DNA of 64,000 nt from positions 479 through 64,478 of the forward strand of contig CAYXED010000009.1 in the NCBI GenBank assembly GCA_964463965.1, in the 5' to 3' direction. Each line of letters starts with the position of its first letter. Position 1 is the stretch's first letter. Source of the stretch: an uncultured Nitrospiraceae bacterium (GTDB lineage Bacteria; Nitrospirota; Nitrospiria; Nitrospirales; UBA2166). The position numbers and the translations under genes are program-made. Below are positions 1-8,443 of this stretch, piece by piece. Under the pieces are notes generated by a model. That model did no database searches. It was not told the DNA's origin and saw nothing but the letters and a program-made list of their open reading frames with translations.

Positions 1-642
1 TTTCGGGTTTTCCTCACAGGCCTGATCGGTGTGGGAGGATTCGTGCTGATGTCTGGTATGGCGTCTGCCGAAGACACTTCGTTTAAACCCACGGGGCTAT
101 ATGGAGGTGCAGGGCTAACCTTTGCGTTCGAAAATTTTGATTTAGATGGTGCTGAAAGTGTGGGGTTGGTTATTGATAATAGTCTCGGGGGTAATCTCAA
201 ATTAGGGTATCACTATAGTGCCCGGTTTGATCTCGAATTGGACCTGCTCTATATGGATGGTTTTGATCTGTCGCTATCCGACACCGGTGATGTGGGAGGC
301 TTCAACCTTGATGGCCTCGACTTTGGGAGTAATGTGAGTGGGTATGTGGGGTCCCTCAATCTCAAGGGTTATCTGACAGAGCGGTCTGGCAAAGTCAGGG
401 TATTGCAGCTCTATGGGCTTGCCGGGGTTGGGTACGCCGATCTTACCGCTGCCGCGAAGGTGTTTGGGGTGACCTCAGAGTCTTCGGAGCGGGACATGAT
501 GCTTCGTGCTGGAGGCGGGGTGGAGTATCTTTTGACAAGCCGAGTCAATCTTTTTGCCGAGGTCTCCTACTATCTGGGGATCGGCGACCTTGATGAAATT
601 CGTTTTCTCCCTGCGACCGTCGGCGCCATGTTGCACTTCTAG
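1..642 (+). CDS. Small outer-membrane beta-barrel protein (OmpA-like/porin family), 5' partial
   Basis: Frame is open from base 1 (FRVFLTGLIGVGG...), giving a signal-like N-terminus. Alternating amphipathic strands, GGNLKLGY, GGGVEY and a C-terminal Phe. Paralogue of 41731, 47961 and 49372. Confidence 0.8.
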   Translation, partial: FRVFLTGLIGVGGFVLMSGMASAEDTSFKPTGLYGGAGLTFAFENFDLDGAESVGLVIDNSLGGNLKLGYHYSARFDLELDLLYMDGFDLSLSDTGDVGGFNLDGLDFGSNVSGYVGSLNLKGYLTERSGKVRVLQLYGLAGVGYADLTAAAKVFGVTSESSERDMMLRAGGGVEYLLTSRVNLFAEVSYYLGIGDLDEIRFLPATVGAMLHF

Positions 643-675
643 TTGAATGCCTGTGATTGAGGAGTGGAGAGTGTC

Positions 676-1824
676 CTATTCTGACGCATTGTATGCCGCA
701 ATCATCTCTGGGATAGTTGCCCACTTGACGGTGCCGGTGGCAATCAATGCCTGGACCCTTTCAAAAAAGTACTCCATCAGTTCGATCTCAGGACTCTGCC
801 CCATGCTCCATACGAGGTAGTAGGTATGTACGGTGTTAGGGCTGCGTGCGACGATGGCTGCTTGGAGATCTCGAATGAAAGCATCGACATCATCGCGTGC
901 TGCTGTGCATCGGGTGTGAGATTCATCGGGGTTGGCTTCTGCTTCAGCAAAACATGGTAACGCGCCCGATGTAGGGATCATGATGACCTCGCCTGTGGGA
1001 TCGTGTTCCGTCCAATTCAAGCCGTCTTTCATTCGCCATGGCACGATGCGATCTTCTATCCCTTCTGGCCACACTTGATGACATGCTCCTGCGTTCTCGC
1101 AATCTTTGTAGGGATCAGGACGTTGAGTACGCGGGAGTGAGGATAAGCAGTAGGCCACATTTCCCGTGACTGCGTGATAGCCCGCTTCTTGAACGGCTTT
1201 TACCCAGTTGAGATGCGAGCAGACGCCAGAGACGTGGGATACCTGTACGCTTGTTGCTTCAAGCATTTCACGGAATGTAGTTAAACGGCGCACGAAGACC
1301 TCTTGGTTGAACCCGGGCGCCCGAGGATTTCCACCGAGATCTGCGTGCACGCCGACGGCGTGGTTCTCTGCCTCCAGATCTGTGAGTAGCGTCGAGTTGC
1401 GTGCGCGAATCGTACGGACGTATTCGTTACGGACTTCAGACGTCATGACGCCACCGCCTGCGTTGAACGATTCGATCATGGCATCGTGCAATTCGAGGTA
1501 ACGATTGTATACAGTTTCGTTCTCCCAGTTCCATCCTTCGTGATGGAAGGTCCAGCCTAACATCAGTGTATTATCAACAGGGTTAGGAGTGGAGGGGCTG
1601 TTGTTCGCAGGGGCGTTATTGGTAGAGGGTGTAGTTTCAGGAGCGTTGCTTGCAGGGGCTGTGTTCGTAGGGGCATTATTGGTAGAGGGTGTAGTTTCAG
1701 GAGCGTTGCTTGCAGGGGCTGTGTTTGCCGGGAGCGTATTGATGGCGTCAAGATCCTCGGCTGCGCATCCGATGAGCAGGAGTAAGAGGACAGTCAGTAG
1801 TAGGTGCAATTGTGCTCTAGCCAT
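676..1824 (-). CDS. Lipoprotein with Pro/Thr/Asn linker and putative polysaccharide deacetylase-like (NodB/GH-type barrel) domain
   Basis: Lipobox LLIGC and AGGAG RBS upstream. HHEG and VGVHAD motifs and a C-terminal VKWATIPEM resemble deacetylase-type barrels. Function is inferred. Confidence 0.55.
   Translation of the reverse strand: MARAQLHLLLTVLLLLLIGCAAEDLDAINTLPANTAPASNAPETTPSTNNAPTNTAPASNAPETTPSTNNAPANNSPSTPNPVDNTLMLGWTFHHEGWNWENETVYNRYLELHDAMIESFNAGGGVMTSEVRNEYVRTIRARNSTLLTDLEAENHAVGVHADLGGNPRAPGFNQEVFVRRLTTFREMLEATSVQVSHVSGVCSHLNWVKAVQEAGYHAVTGNVAYCLSSLPRTQRPDPYKDCENAGACHQVWPEGIEDRIVPWRMKDGLNWTEHDPTGEVIMIPTSGALPCFAEAEANPDESHTRCTAARDDVDAFIRDLQAAIVARSPNTVHTYYLVWSMGQSPEIELMEYFFERVQALIATGTVKWATIPEMIAAYNASE
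1602..1725. repeat. Two near-identical 60-bp in-frame tandem repeats (NTAPASNAPETTPSTNNAP)
   Basis: ttattggtagagggtgtagtttcaggagcgttgcttgcaggggctgtgtt occurs twice with a 60-nt period. Confidence 0.95.
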
Positions 1825-1911
1825 GGAATTCTCCTATCAGAGGCATTATTACTATTCCCTACGATTGATGTAGCATATGATCAAGCCAGTGAAGCCGATG
1901 TCGTAGTGTTC

Positions 1912-2396
1912 TTACCGTCGCCTTGGGAAACGTTTTGCTATGCCATTGGTTGCTTCAAATGCGGTCTTTTCTCCTGGAGACCCATCAGGTTTTAGCTCGG
2001 TATAAGTAACTTTAATTTCTTCAAAATTGAGTGAAAACTCTGCGATGGCGACAGGCGATTTTTGTCCATCGCCCGTTAGTTTATAGGAAGTAATCATTAC
2101 ATTTTTTAAGTTTAGGACTACTCGTGCAGAACACATCGTTCTGCCAACAATGCCACTCTGCTCTACAGAATGGATTTTGACTGTGGTGAAGGTTCGTTGT
2201 TGGATCACGGCCGTAGTGTATGCATACTCCAGTCCCAGGTTTCGATGGGACTCCACCCGACATGATTCATATAGGTTGATTCCCCTTCAATACCATCGAA
2301 CTTAATAAATTCGGCTCCAAATGTATAGTGTGTGGTTGACAAGCTCAGCACCACTGTCAGCATGAGTAACGTGAAATATTGTGTTGGTATGTACAT
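1912..2396 (-). pseudogene. hcp: Hcp1-family (T6SS tube-like) protein with Sec signal peptide; frameshifted and internally deleted
   Basis: ORF 2205-2396 is a signal peptide followed by FIKFDGIEGES..HVGW..IETWDWSM (Hcp N-terminus). ORF 1912-2256 in another frame has LKNVMITSY...EFSLNFEEIKVTY...DG (Hcp C-terminus). The central TK..DK.SP segment is absent. Confidence 0.75.
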
Positions 2397-2421
2397 GGGT
2401 ACTTCCTATCCTAGTGTGAGG

Positions 2422-2721
2422 TCAATGAATTTTGAGTGATTTAACGATATGGGGCTGATCTCCCGTCCCAGGTTTGCTGCCACTTTCTTTCGCTTTGACC
2501 TCACGGTCGGCTGCCAGCGCTGTAAGGAGAATCGATAGACATTGTCGTGGTGTGGCTTTCGAGCTACACGTGTAGTGGTGCCCGTCGGCCAACTTAAATG
2601 AGACATGGCCTGAAGATTCTGCTTTGACCCACGTGACAGTGTAATATTCGCCAGGAGCGGCGAATGTCAGGTGAGGGATACTCAACAGGATGAAGAGTAG
2701 AAAACTCAGGATGATATGCAT
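2422..2721 (-). CDS. Small secreted protein, OB-fold AB5 B-subunit-like
   Basis: Signal peptide ending in TFA and an AAAGGAG RBS. The mature part of about 78 aa has a beta-beta-beta-helix([14 protein letters not shown])-beta pattern similar to StxB (LQSLLLSAQITGMTV, recalled from memory). Confidence 0.55.
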   Translation of the reverse strand: [99 protein letters not shown]

Positions 2722-2751
2722 GGTGTGCTCCTTTGTGTGTGATACCTTGGA

Positions 2752-5046
2752 TTAGGGGAGTACGACAATTGCTGGGACCACGTGATGTATGGGAATGCCT
2801 GTCATGCTGACGGGTGAGGTCGAACAGGTATCGTTCACATTGACCTCACTGACAAATCGTATCGTACGCGCATTATTGGTGTGCCACGTGGTGTTGTAGA
2901 TACTGGACCCACTGCTTTTGGTACAACGATAGGGAGTGCTACGTAGGCCGCCAAGTCGTCGAAGTTTTCGGGCTTCTGCCTCACAGGCTTGATCTCCCAA
3001 GATGGTCACTTGATTGACCGACGGAGTGGTGTGGCTTGACCCTTGATTCACGTATCCCTCTGTCCCTGCGATAATGTCGCAGCGTACTTCATATTCATTG
3101 CCGTGGATAAAGTCGATGGGGGTGGCGAGTGCAAAGGTGTAGGAGTCTCCAGCATTGAGGAGGGGACTCGCGGCCGTTCGCCCTCTAATAGATTCCGTGG
3201 CAAGGATGGTGGGGCTGCTACCAGGATTGGTACGGATGACCGAAATCCTCGCATCCGCATCGTTGACGGGCTGTGTGCCCCAATTCGTAATCGTGCAGCT
3301 TGGAGTGATGTTCCCTGTCGGACCTCTCAGAATGGTTTCCGGGAGCACATTGGCATCGGTGGCAACATTCCAGGGACCGACTGTGGGGTCCCACCACGTT
3401 CGTAGTGGCTGGCAGGTGCCATAGGTGTCGGCGATGCGTGTGACAGCAAGATTATTGACCGCACTATGCTGCAGGCTGCTATCGGAGAAGTTGGTGGCAC
3501 TGGGGAGGGGGTTCTCTGCAATCTCTGCAAGGCGTGCATAGGCAGGAAAATCGTCGCGTGTCAGTGAGCCGATATGGCGTTCCGCACGGTAGGTATCCCA
3601 GTGCTCGATAGGTTCTCCGTCACTACCGTATAGGACTCCAGTGTTACCATCTTCATAGACACGAAGATGTTCCAACAAAAATGAGACTGCTCCGGTGCCA
3701 ATCCAAGTCCATGCTCCTAAACCTCCAGGAGACGGGCCACGACTTCGTCCTTGCCGAGAAAAGTTTCTAGTATCACACGCATAGCTGTCATGGTAGGGCG
3801 CATAGTGGCGTGATCCCCCGCGTTCGAGCTCTGAGAGTTTGGCTAAATTGTATGGGTAGATGCCGTCATCGCGTCCGATGTGCTGGGCAAAATCGGTTAG
3901 CCCCCAGTTGACGCTGGTGTTATATCCAGTGCCATTCCACGTGTATTGGCTAAAGTGGCCTGTCCATCCCCAGTTATCTCCGGTTTTCCATGCTGTCGCT
4001 CCAGGGCGTACGGATGGTGTTCCATTGGTCCAGACCGCTTGAGTCCTCCGACAGGAGGGGTCTGTTGTGCCTGTGATGCCTGTTCTCCATCCGTGACCAT
4101 TCATGAGAATGGCGGGTTGGGCTAAAGTCAGGGTATTTATGATAGCGAGGGTTTCTGATTGTGAAATAGGCCATGGGCCGGTGCGATCACCATTCCCTCG
4201 ACAGGAAATGCTGCCAGTACCAGTAGTGGTGTTGAGGCTCCAGGTAACAGGGAGGTCGCGGTTGAGATTGACGGCGTTGGCATTGCATCGCCAGCCACCT
4301 TCACCATTCAGGCCAAATCCATCGAGATTGACGACCGGGAGCACCCAGAGTTGGCGTTTTTTGAGGAGTTGCCGATATTTTAAGGTGGCTCCAGGATAAA
4401 GACGTGTGTTCGGTTTTGTGAGCACGTGGTCGATCCAGTCAAGTAATGCTCGTGTGGAAGATGATTCGTTACCATGTTGTGATCCAACGAATAGGGCAGA
4501 AGAGCGTTCATGTATGGGTGTGCGCCCGTCAGGACTCGCGAGTCGTAGGGCATAAATAATTTGCCCCTGAACCGTTCGGCCAACAGCAAAACGGGTCACT
4601 TCTTCAAAGCGATCCGCATAGTATCTGATAATGCGATTGATGCATTGCGGGGTCGGTAAAAAATACGTCCCACTTTCGCTCTCAACAGCGCTGCGCCATT
4701 GGTCGTAGCAGTCTGTTTCCGCGGATGATTCTGTGCCGAATGACAAGCCGACAGGGGCACCTTCCTTGACAGGTTTGGGAAGATGTGTGGGTGGGACAGT
4801 CGAGCGTACAGGGTCATCAGCTTGTATCTCCCGTTCGAGCTTTTCCAATGCATCTGAGGCGCGTTGCCGCACCGCATCATGTTCGTCGGTGATAAGGCGC
4901 ATGTGGGTAATGTGTGTATTTGGGGCATTGGATGAAGGGGTGACGTTGCTTTGCGCGAGGACACTGGCACTGATTGCTAGGACAATGGGCAGAATGAGCC
5001 CACTGATGATTGGCTGACGTAGTTTATGGTGGTGTGGGTGCCACAT
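2752..5046 (-). CDS. Secreted M14 zinc carboxypeptidase with C-terminal Ig/CARDB-like domain
   Basis: Signal peptide; VGRTVQG, GSQHGNE (HxxE), VLPVVNLDG, RCNANAVNLNRD, LMNGH and FLLE. Confidence 0.85.
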   Translation of the reverse strand: MWHPHHHKLRQPIISGLILPIVLAISASVLAQSNVTPSSNAPNTHITHMRLITDEHDAVRQRASDALEKLEREIQADDPVRSTVPPTHLPKPVKEGAPVGLSFGTESSAETDCYDQWRSAVESESGTYFLPTPQCINRIIRYYADRFEEVTRFAVGRTVQGQIIYALRLASPDGRTPIHERSSALFVGSQHGNESSSTRALLDWIDHVLTKPNTRLYPGATLKYRQLLKKRQLWVLPVVNLDGFGLNGEGGWRCNANAVNLNRDLPVTWSLNTTTGTGSISCRGNGDRTGPWPISQSETLAIINTLTLAQPAILMNGHGWRTGITGTTDPSCRRTQAVWTNGTPSVRPGATAWKTGDNWGWTGHFSQYTWNGTGYNTSVNWGLTDFAQHIGRDDGIYPYNLAKLSELERGGSRHYAPYHDSYACDTRNFSRQGRSRGPSPGGLGAWTWIGTGAVSFLLEHLRVYEDGNTGVLYGSDGEPIEHWDTYRAERHIGSLTRDDFPAYARLAEIAENPLPSATNFSDSSLQHSAVNNLAVTRIADTYGTCQPLRTWWDPTVGPWNVATDANVLPETILRGPTGNITPSCTITNWGTQPVNDADARISVIRTNPGSSPTILATESIRGRTAASPLLNAGDSYTFALATPIDFIHGNEYEVRCDIIAGTEGYVNQGSSHTTPSVNQVTILGDQACEAEARKLRRLGGLRSTPYRCTKSSGSSIYNTTWHTNNARTIRFVSEVNVNDTCSTSPVSMTGIPIHHVVPAIVVLP

Positions 5047-5103
5047 CGTGTTTTGTAATTTTGTGGTGCCGTTATGTCGTTAGTCAATCTTGAAAAGGTA
5101 TGC

Positions 5104-8100
5104 TCACCGTTTCAAATCGAGATTTCCCCAATCGTTGTAATCTTTGAGGAGATTGAAGTTGCCATCCGGAGTTCGGTTACCAAAATTGTTGTTAATGTCG
5201 GCCTTAAGGTCGCTATCGGTGGTATCTCCATCAAGGTTCCAGTCAAGAGCGACACGGTCGCGGCGGGCACCTGTTGCCCCTAACCGTGCAGCAAATACTT
5301 GGTAGAATGTGTTCAGATCACGATCATCTTGCCAGGCTACATAGTAGCGGTTATTGGCATCTATCCCGACGTCAGGATGTTTTTGCTGCCCCGCACTATA
5401 AGAATTTACCACGTCGACCGCCCCACGGGGTGTTCCATTTTCTCGATAGGGACGGGCATGGATTTGATAGAAACCGTTGACGTCATGATCATCCTGCCAG
5501 GTTACGACGAAATTAAAATCATCATTGGCAGTAACCCGCGGGCGACGTTGTTGTCCGCTAGCCGTGGTGTTGACTGTGAAAACCCCTGATCCGAGTGCAG
5601 TCCCGTTACTCGAATATCGCCGTGCGTGGATTTGACCGAACCCATTGTTATCTGAATCGTCTTCCCACACGACGACAAAGCGGCCATCTGCCGCACTGGC
5701 GACATCTGGGCGACGCTGTTGTCCCATAACCGTGGTATTGATCCTCAGCTCGCTCCCAGATTTGCTGCCTCCGCTTGTAAAGCGTTGTCCATAGATGTTG
5801 TAGAAAGCATTGTTATCTGAATCGTCTTCCCACACGACCACAAATCGACGATCATCGGCAATTGCTACACGAGGTTTTTTCTGTTGCCCAAATGTCGTTG
5901 TGTTGACATGACGCTCTCCCGTGTGAGGGCTGCCATTGGCATTAAAAGCACGAGCCCAAATCTCATAAAACCCATTACCATCACGATCATCTTCCCAGAC
6001 GACGACGAAGGCTCCATTTTCTGCAACGGCAATATCAGGGTTTCGTTGGTTGCCACTTGATGTGGTATTGACATTAATTGTACTTCCTTGGCGGTTTCCT
6101 GCGGCCGAGAGTCGTTGGGCGCGAATTTCGTAAAAGCCATTGTTATCTGAATCATCTTCCCACACGACGACAAAGCGGCCGTTACTAGCGATACCAACCG
6201 CGGGATCTTGCTGTTGGCCTGTTGCTGTCCGATTAACGCGTTTTTCAGTCATGATTGCTTGCCCTGACGCATCGTATGCTCGGGCATGAATGTCATATTT
6301 TCCGTTTTTATCCCTGTCATCTTCCCACACGACGACAAAGCGACCATCGTTGGCTGCCTCAACGTCGACATCGCGTTGCTGGCCATCACTTACCCAATTG
6401 ACGGTTTGTTCTCCGTTACAAATTCCGAGGGATTCTTGCAGTTCGTTTTCATCCAACTTGAGTCGATGTCCTGATGAATAGTTCAAGGTGCCGATGTCGG
6501 TTGAAGAGGAGGAGGCATCGCAGTCGTCGTCAGCACCCCAGAACTGGTATGTATAGTTCATGACGCTCACGTAGTTTGGCTTGCGATTAAGATTTTGATT
6601 GCCCCCATGCTTGAGGCTTAATGAATGTCCGAGTTCATGCATGAAGGTTCCAGCAAACTTTGTACGGTCGGCGAAACTTGTGGTGTTGAGGTTGTCTCCT
6701 AGTGACACAATAAAGTGATCACAACATGCTATGCCAGAGGAATTCGTGTTGACACGCTTATCCGCGATAATGCCATAGAAATAGTGTCCGTCTCGGAGGT
6801 CCGTGAAATACTCACTTTTGAGGTTCTCAAAGGTTCGAGGGTAGTCGTGGACCTGTCGATCGCCACTCACTGAGGCGCCTGTATGGTTACGTTGGCGCAT
6901 ATAGAGGGACCAGGTATTGTTCTTGTCGCGGTCGTCCATATAGACCACGGTATAGGTGCCACTGTCGCTGACGCCAATGGTGGGATTCACTTGCTGGTCA
7001 GCTCCAACGGTGTTAATAATTCGATCCCCTGTGCGTGGTGAGCCATCAAGATTAAATGTACGTGCATAAATTTGGTAGAATCCGTTCTTATCTCGGTCGT
7101 CTTCCCAAGTAACGGTAAAACGTCCCGAGGCATCGATTGCCACTGCAGGGTCACGTTGCTGGCCAGAAGAATCGTCGTTAATGTGAACTTCAGGGCCCTG
7201 TGCAGGGTTTCCGGGACTTGTAAACCGTCTGGCAAAGATTTCGTAATACCCATTACCATCCCGATCATCTTCCCAGGCAATAACAAAATGATTGTTGCGG
7301 TTGATGCCGACGGTGGGGTCCCGCTGCTGTCCCTGACTGACTTCGTTGACGACTATTGTGCCAAATAGTGGTGTGCCATCAACGGGATTGAGTCGTTGGG
7401 CATTGATTTCGTAGTAGCCATTGCCGTCAGCATCATCTTCCCACACGACGATTGCCGCGCCGGTGGGTGTCATGGCAATTTCAATATCTCGTTGCTGGCC
7501 TGAGACAACTTGATTGACTCGAAACTCTCCACCCAAGGGCCCACCCGCAGAATCAAACTTTCGTCCGTAGATATTGTAGTAGCCATTGCCGTCCCGATCG
7601 TCTTCCCACACGGCTAGCCAGTTGCCAGCCTGATCAATGCCAACCGAAGGGCGTTGTTGTTGTCCCGCACTCTCTTCGTTGATGTGAATTTCGCTGGACC
7701 ATCCCGTGAAGACGCCTCTTATACGCCCATAAATTTCGTAGTAGCCATTGCTGTCCCGATCATCTTCCCAGACGACGACCATCTCGCCGGCGTCATTAAT
7801 AGCGACGTCTGGGCGACGCTGTTGCCCGTCTGAGGTAGTATTTACGAGTTCGCCATGTCCAGGGACTACGGTGGATCCGCTATCAAGTGGGATGCCAGTG
7901 GCGTCAAAGCGGCGCACATAAATTTGGTAGAATCCGTTCTTATCTCGGTCGTCTTGCCAGACGACTGCTGTGATGCCTGAGGCATTGACAGCTACGCGTG
8001 GGGCTCTACGATCACCTTCTGCCGAAAACTCACTGGAGAAATCGATTTCAGCATAATAGGGGACTATTCCACTTGCATCGATATGAACGTCAATGCCTGT

Positions 8101-8406
8101 TGTCCCGTTGGGGTTGGTGACTGGGGCTTTGCCAAAAGCGTCCACCACATCTTGAAATCCATTTGTGGGAATGGTGATGCCGTCCATAATATCGACTTCG
8201 ATAAAGAGATCTTTGCGATTGGGATTGGCACCCAAGGTTGGATAGTCAATGCAGTCTCCAGACGAACAAAATCCATATAGTTCATGCACATCGCTGATGC
8301 CATCTTTGTCGGTATCGATAAGAGTATGCATTGCCCATGTGACTGTGGGTATGCAGGATAACGCGATCACAAGTATGAAAGCGTATAGAGGCCTGTTTAA
8401 TGGCAT
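5104..8406 (-). CDS. Secreted metzincin-type zinc metalloprotease with two inserted 7-repeat beta-propeller-like blocks
   Basis: HELGHSLSLKH with a Met-turn SVMNY, and 14 repeats of about 58 aa with VVVWEDDRDxNGxYxI. Start moved from 8517 to ATG 8406 (AAAGGAG RBS and signal peptide ending in TWA). Confidence 0.85.
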   Translation of the reverse strand: MPLNRPLYAFILVIALSCIPTVTWAMHTLIDTDKDGISDVHELYGFCSSGDCIDYPTLGANPNRKDLFIEVDIMDGITIPTNGFQDVVDAFGKAPVTNPNGTTGIDVHIDASGIVPYYAEIDFSSEFSAEGDRRAPRVAVNASGITAVVWQDDRDKNGFYQIYVRRFDATGIPLDSGSTVVPGHGELVNTTSDGQQRRPDVAINDAGEMVVVWEDDRDSNGYYEIYGRIRGVFTGWSSEIHINEESAGQQQRPSVGIDQAGNWLAVWEDDRDGNGYYNIYGRKFDSAGGPLGGEFRVNQVVSGQQRDIEIAMTPTGAAIVVWEDDADGNGYYEINAQRLNPVDGTPLFGTIVVNEVSQGQQRDPTVGINRNNHFVIAWEDDRDGNGYYEIFARRFTSPGNPAQGPEVHINDDSSGQQRDPAVAIDASGRFTVTWEDDRDKNGFYQIYARTFNLDGSPRTGDRIINTVGADQQVNPTIGVSDSGTYTVVYMDDRDKNNTWSLYMRQRNHTGASVSGDRQVHDYPRTFENLKSEYFTDLRDGHYFYGIIADKRVNTNSSGIACCDHFIVSLGDNLNTTSFADRTKFAGTFMHELGHSLSLKHGGNQNLNRKPNYVSVMNYTYQFWGADDDCDASSSSTDIGTLNYSSGHRLKLDENELQESLGICNGEQTVNWVSDGQQRDVDVEAANDGRFVVVWEDDRDKNGKYDIHARAYDASGQAIMTEKRVNRTATGQQQDPAVGIASNGRFVVVWEDDSDNNGFYEIRAQRLSAAGNRQGSTINVNTTSSGNQRNPDIAVAENGAFVVVWEDDRDGNGFYEIWARAFNANGSPHTGERHVNTTTFGQQKKPRVAIADDRRFVVVWEDDSDNNAFYNIYGQRFTSGGSKSGSELRINTTVMGQQRRPDVASAADGRFVVVWEDDSDNNGFGQIHARRYSSNGTALGSGVFTVNTTASGQQRRPRVTANDDFNFVVTWQDDHDVNGFYQIHARPYRENGTPRGAVDVVNSYSAGQQKHPDVGIDANNRYYVAWQDDRDLNTFYQVFAARLGATGARRDRVALDWNLDGDTTDSDLKADINNNFGNRTPDGNFNLLKDYNDWGNLDLKR
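5290..8010 (-). repeat. Intragenic repeats of about 170-180 bp in two blocks of seven (about 6890-8010 and 5290-6385)
   Basis: Recurrent (a/g)tcgtcttccca(c/g)acgac words encoding VVWEDD. Confidence 0.85.
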
Positions 8407-8443
8407 GGGTGTGTGCTCCTTTGGCATCATTGCTTTGCTGTTA

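Noticed and set aside
1912-2396. Type VI secretion system locus
   Set aside because: Only an Hcp-like gene is present; no sheath, VgrG, baseplate or ClpV genes.
5290-8010. Regularly spaced repeats that could be a CRISPR array
   Set aside because: The period is about 170-180 bp, the repeats are degenerate at third codon positions and lie inside a long ORF, and no cas genes are present.
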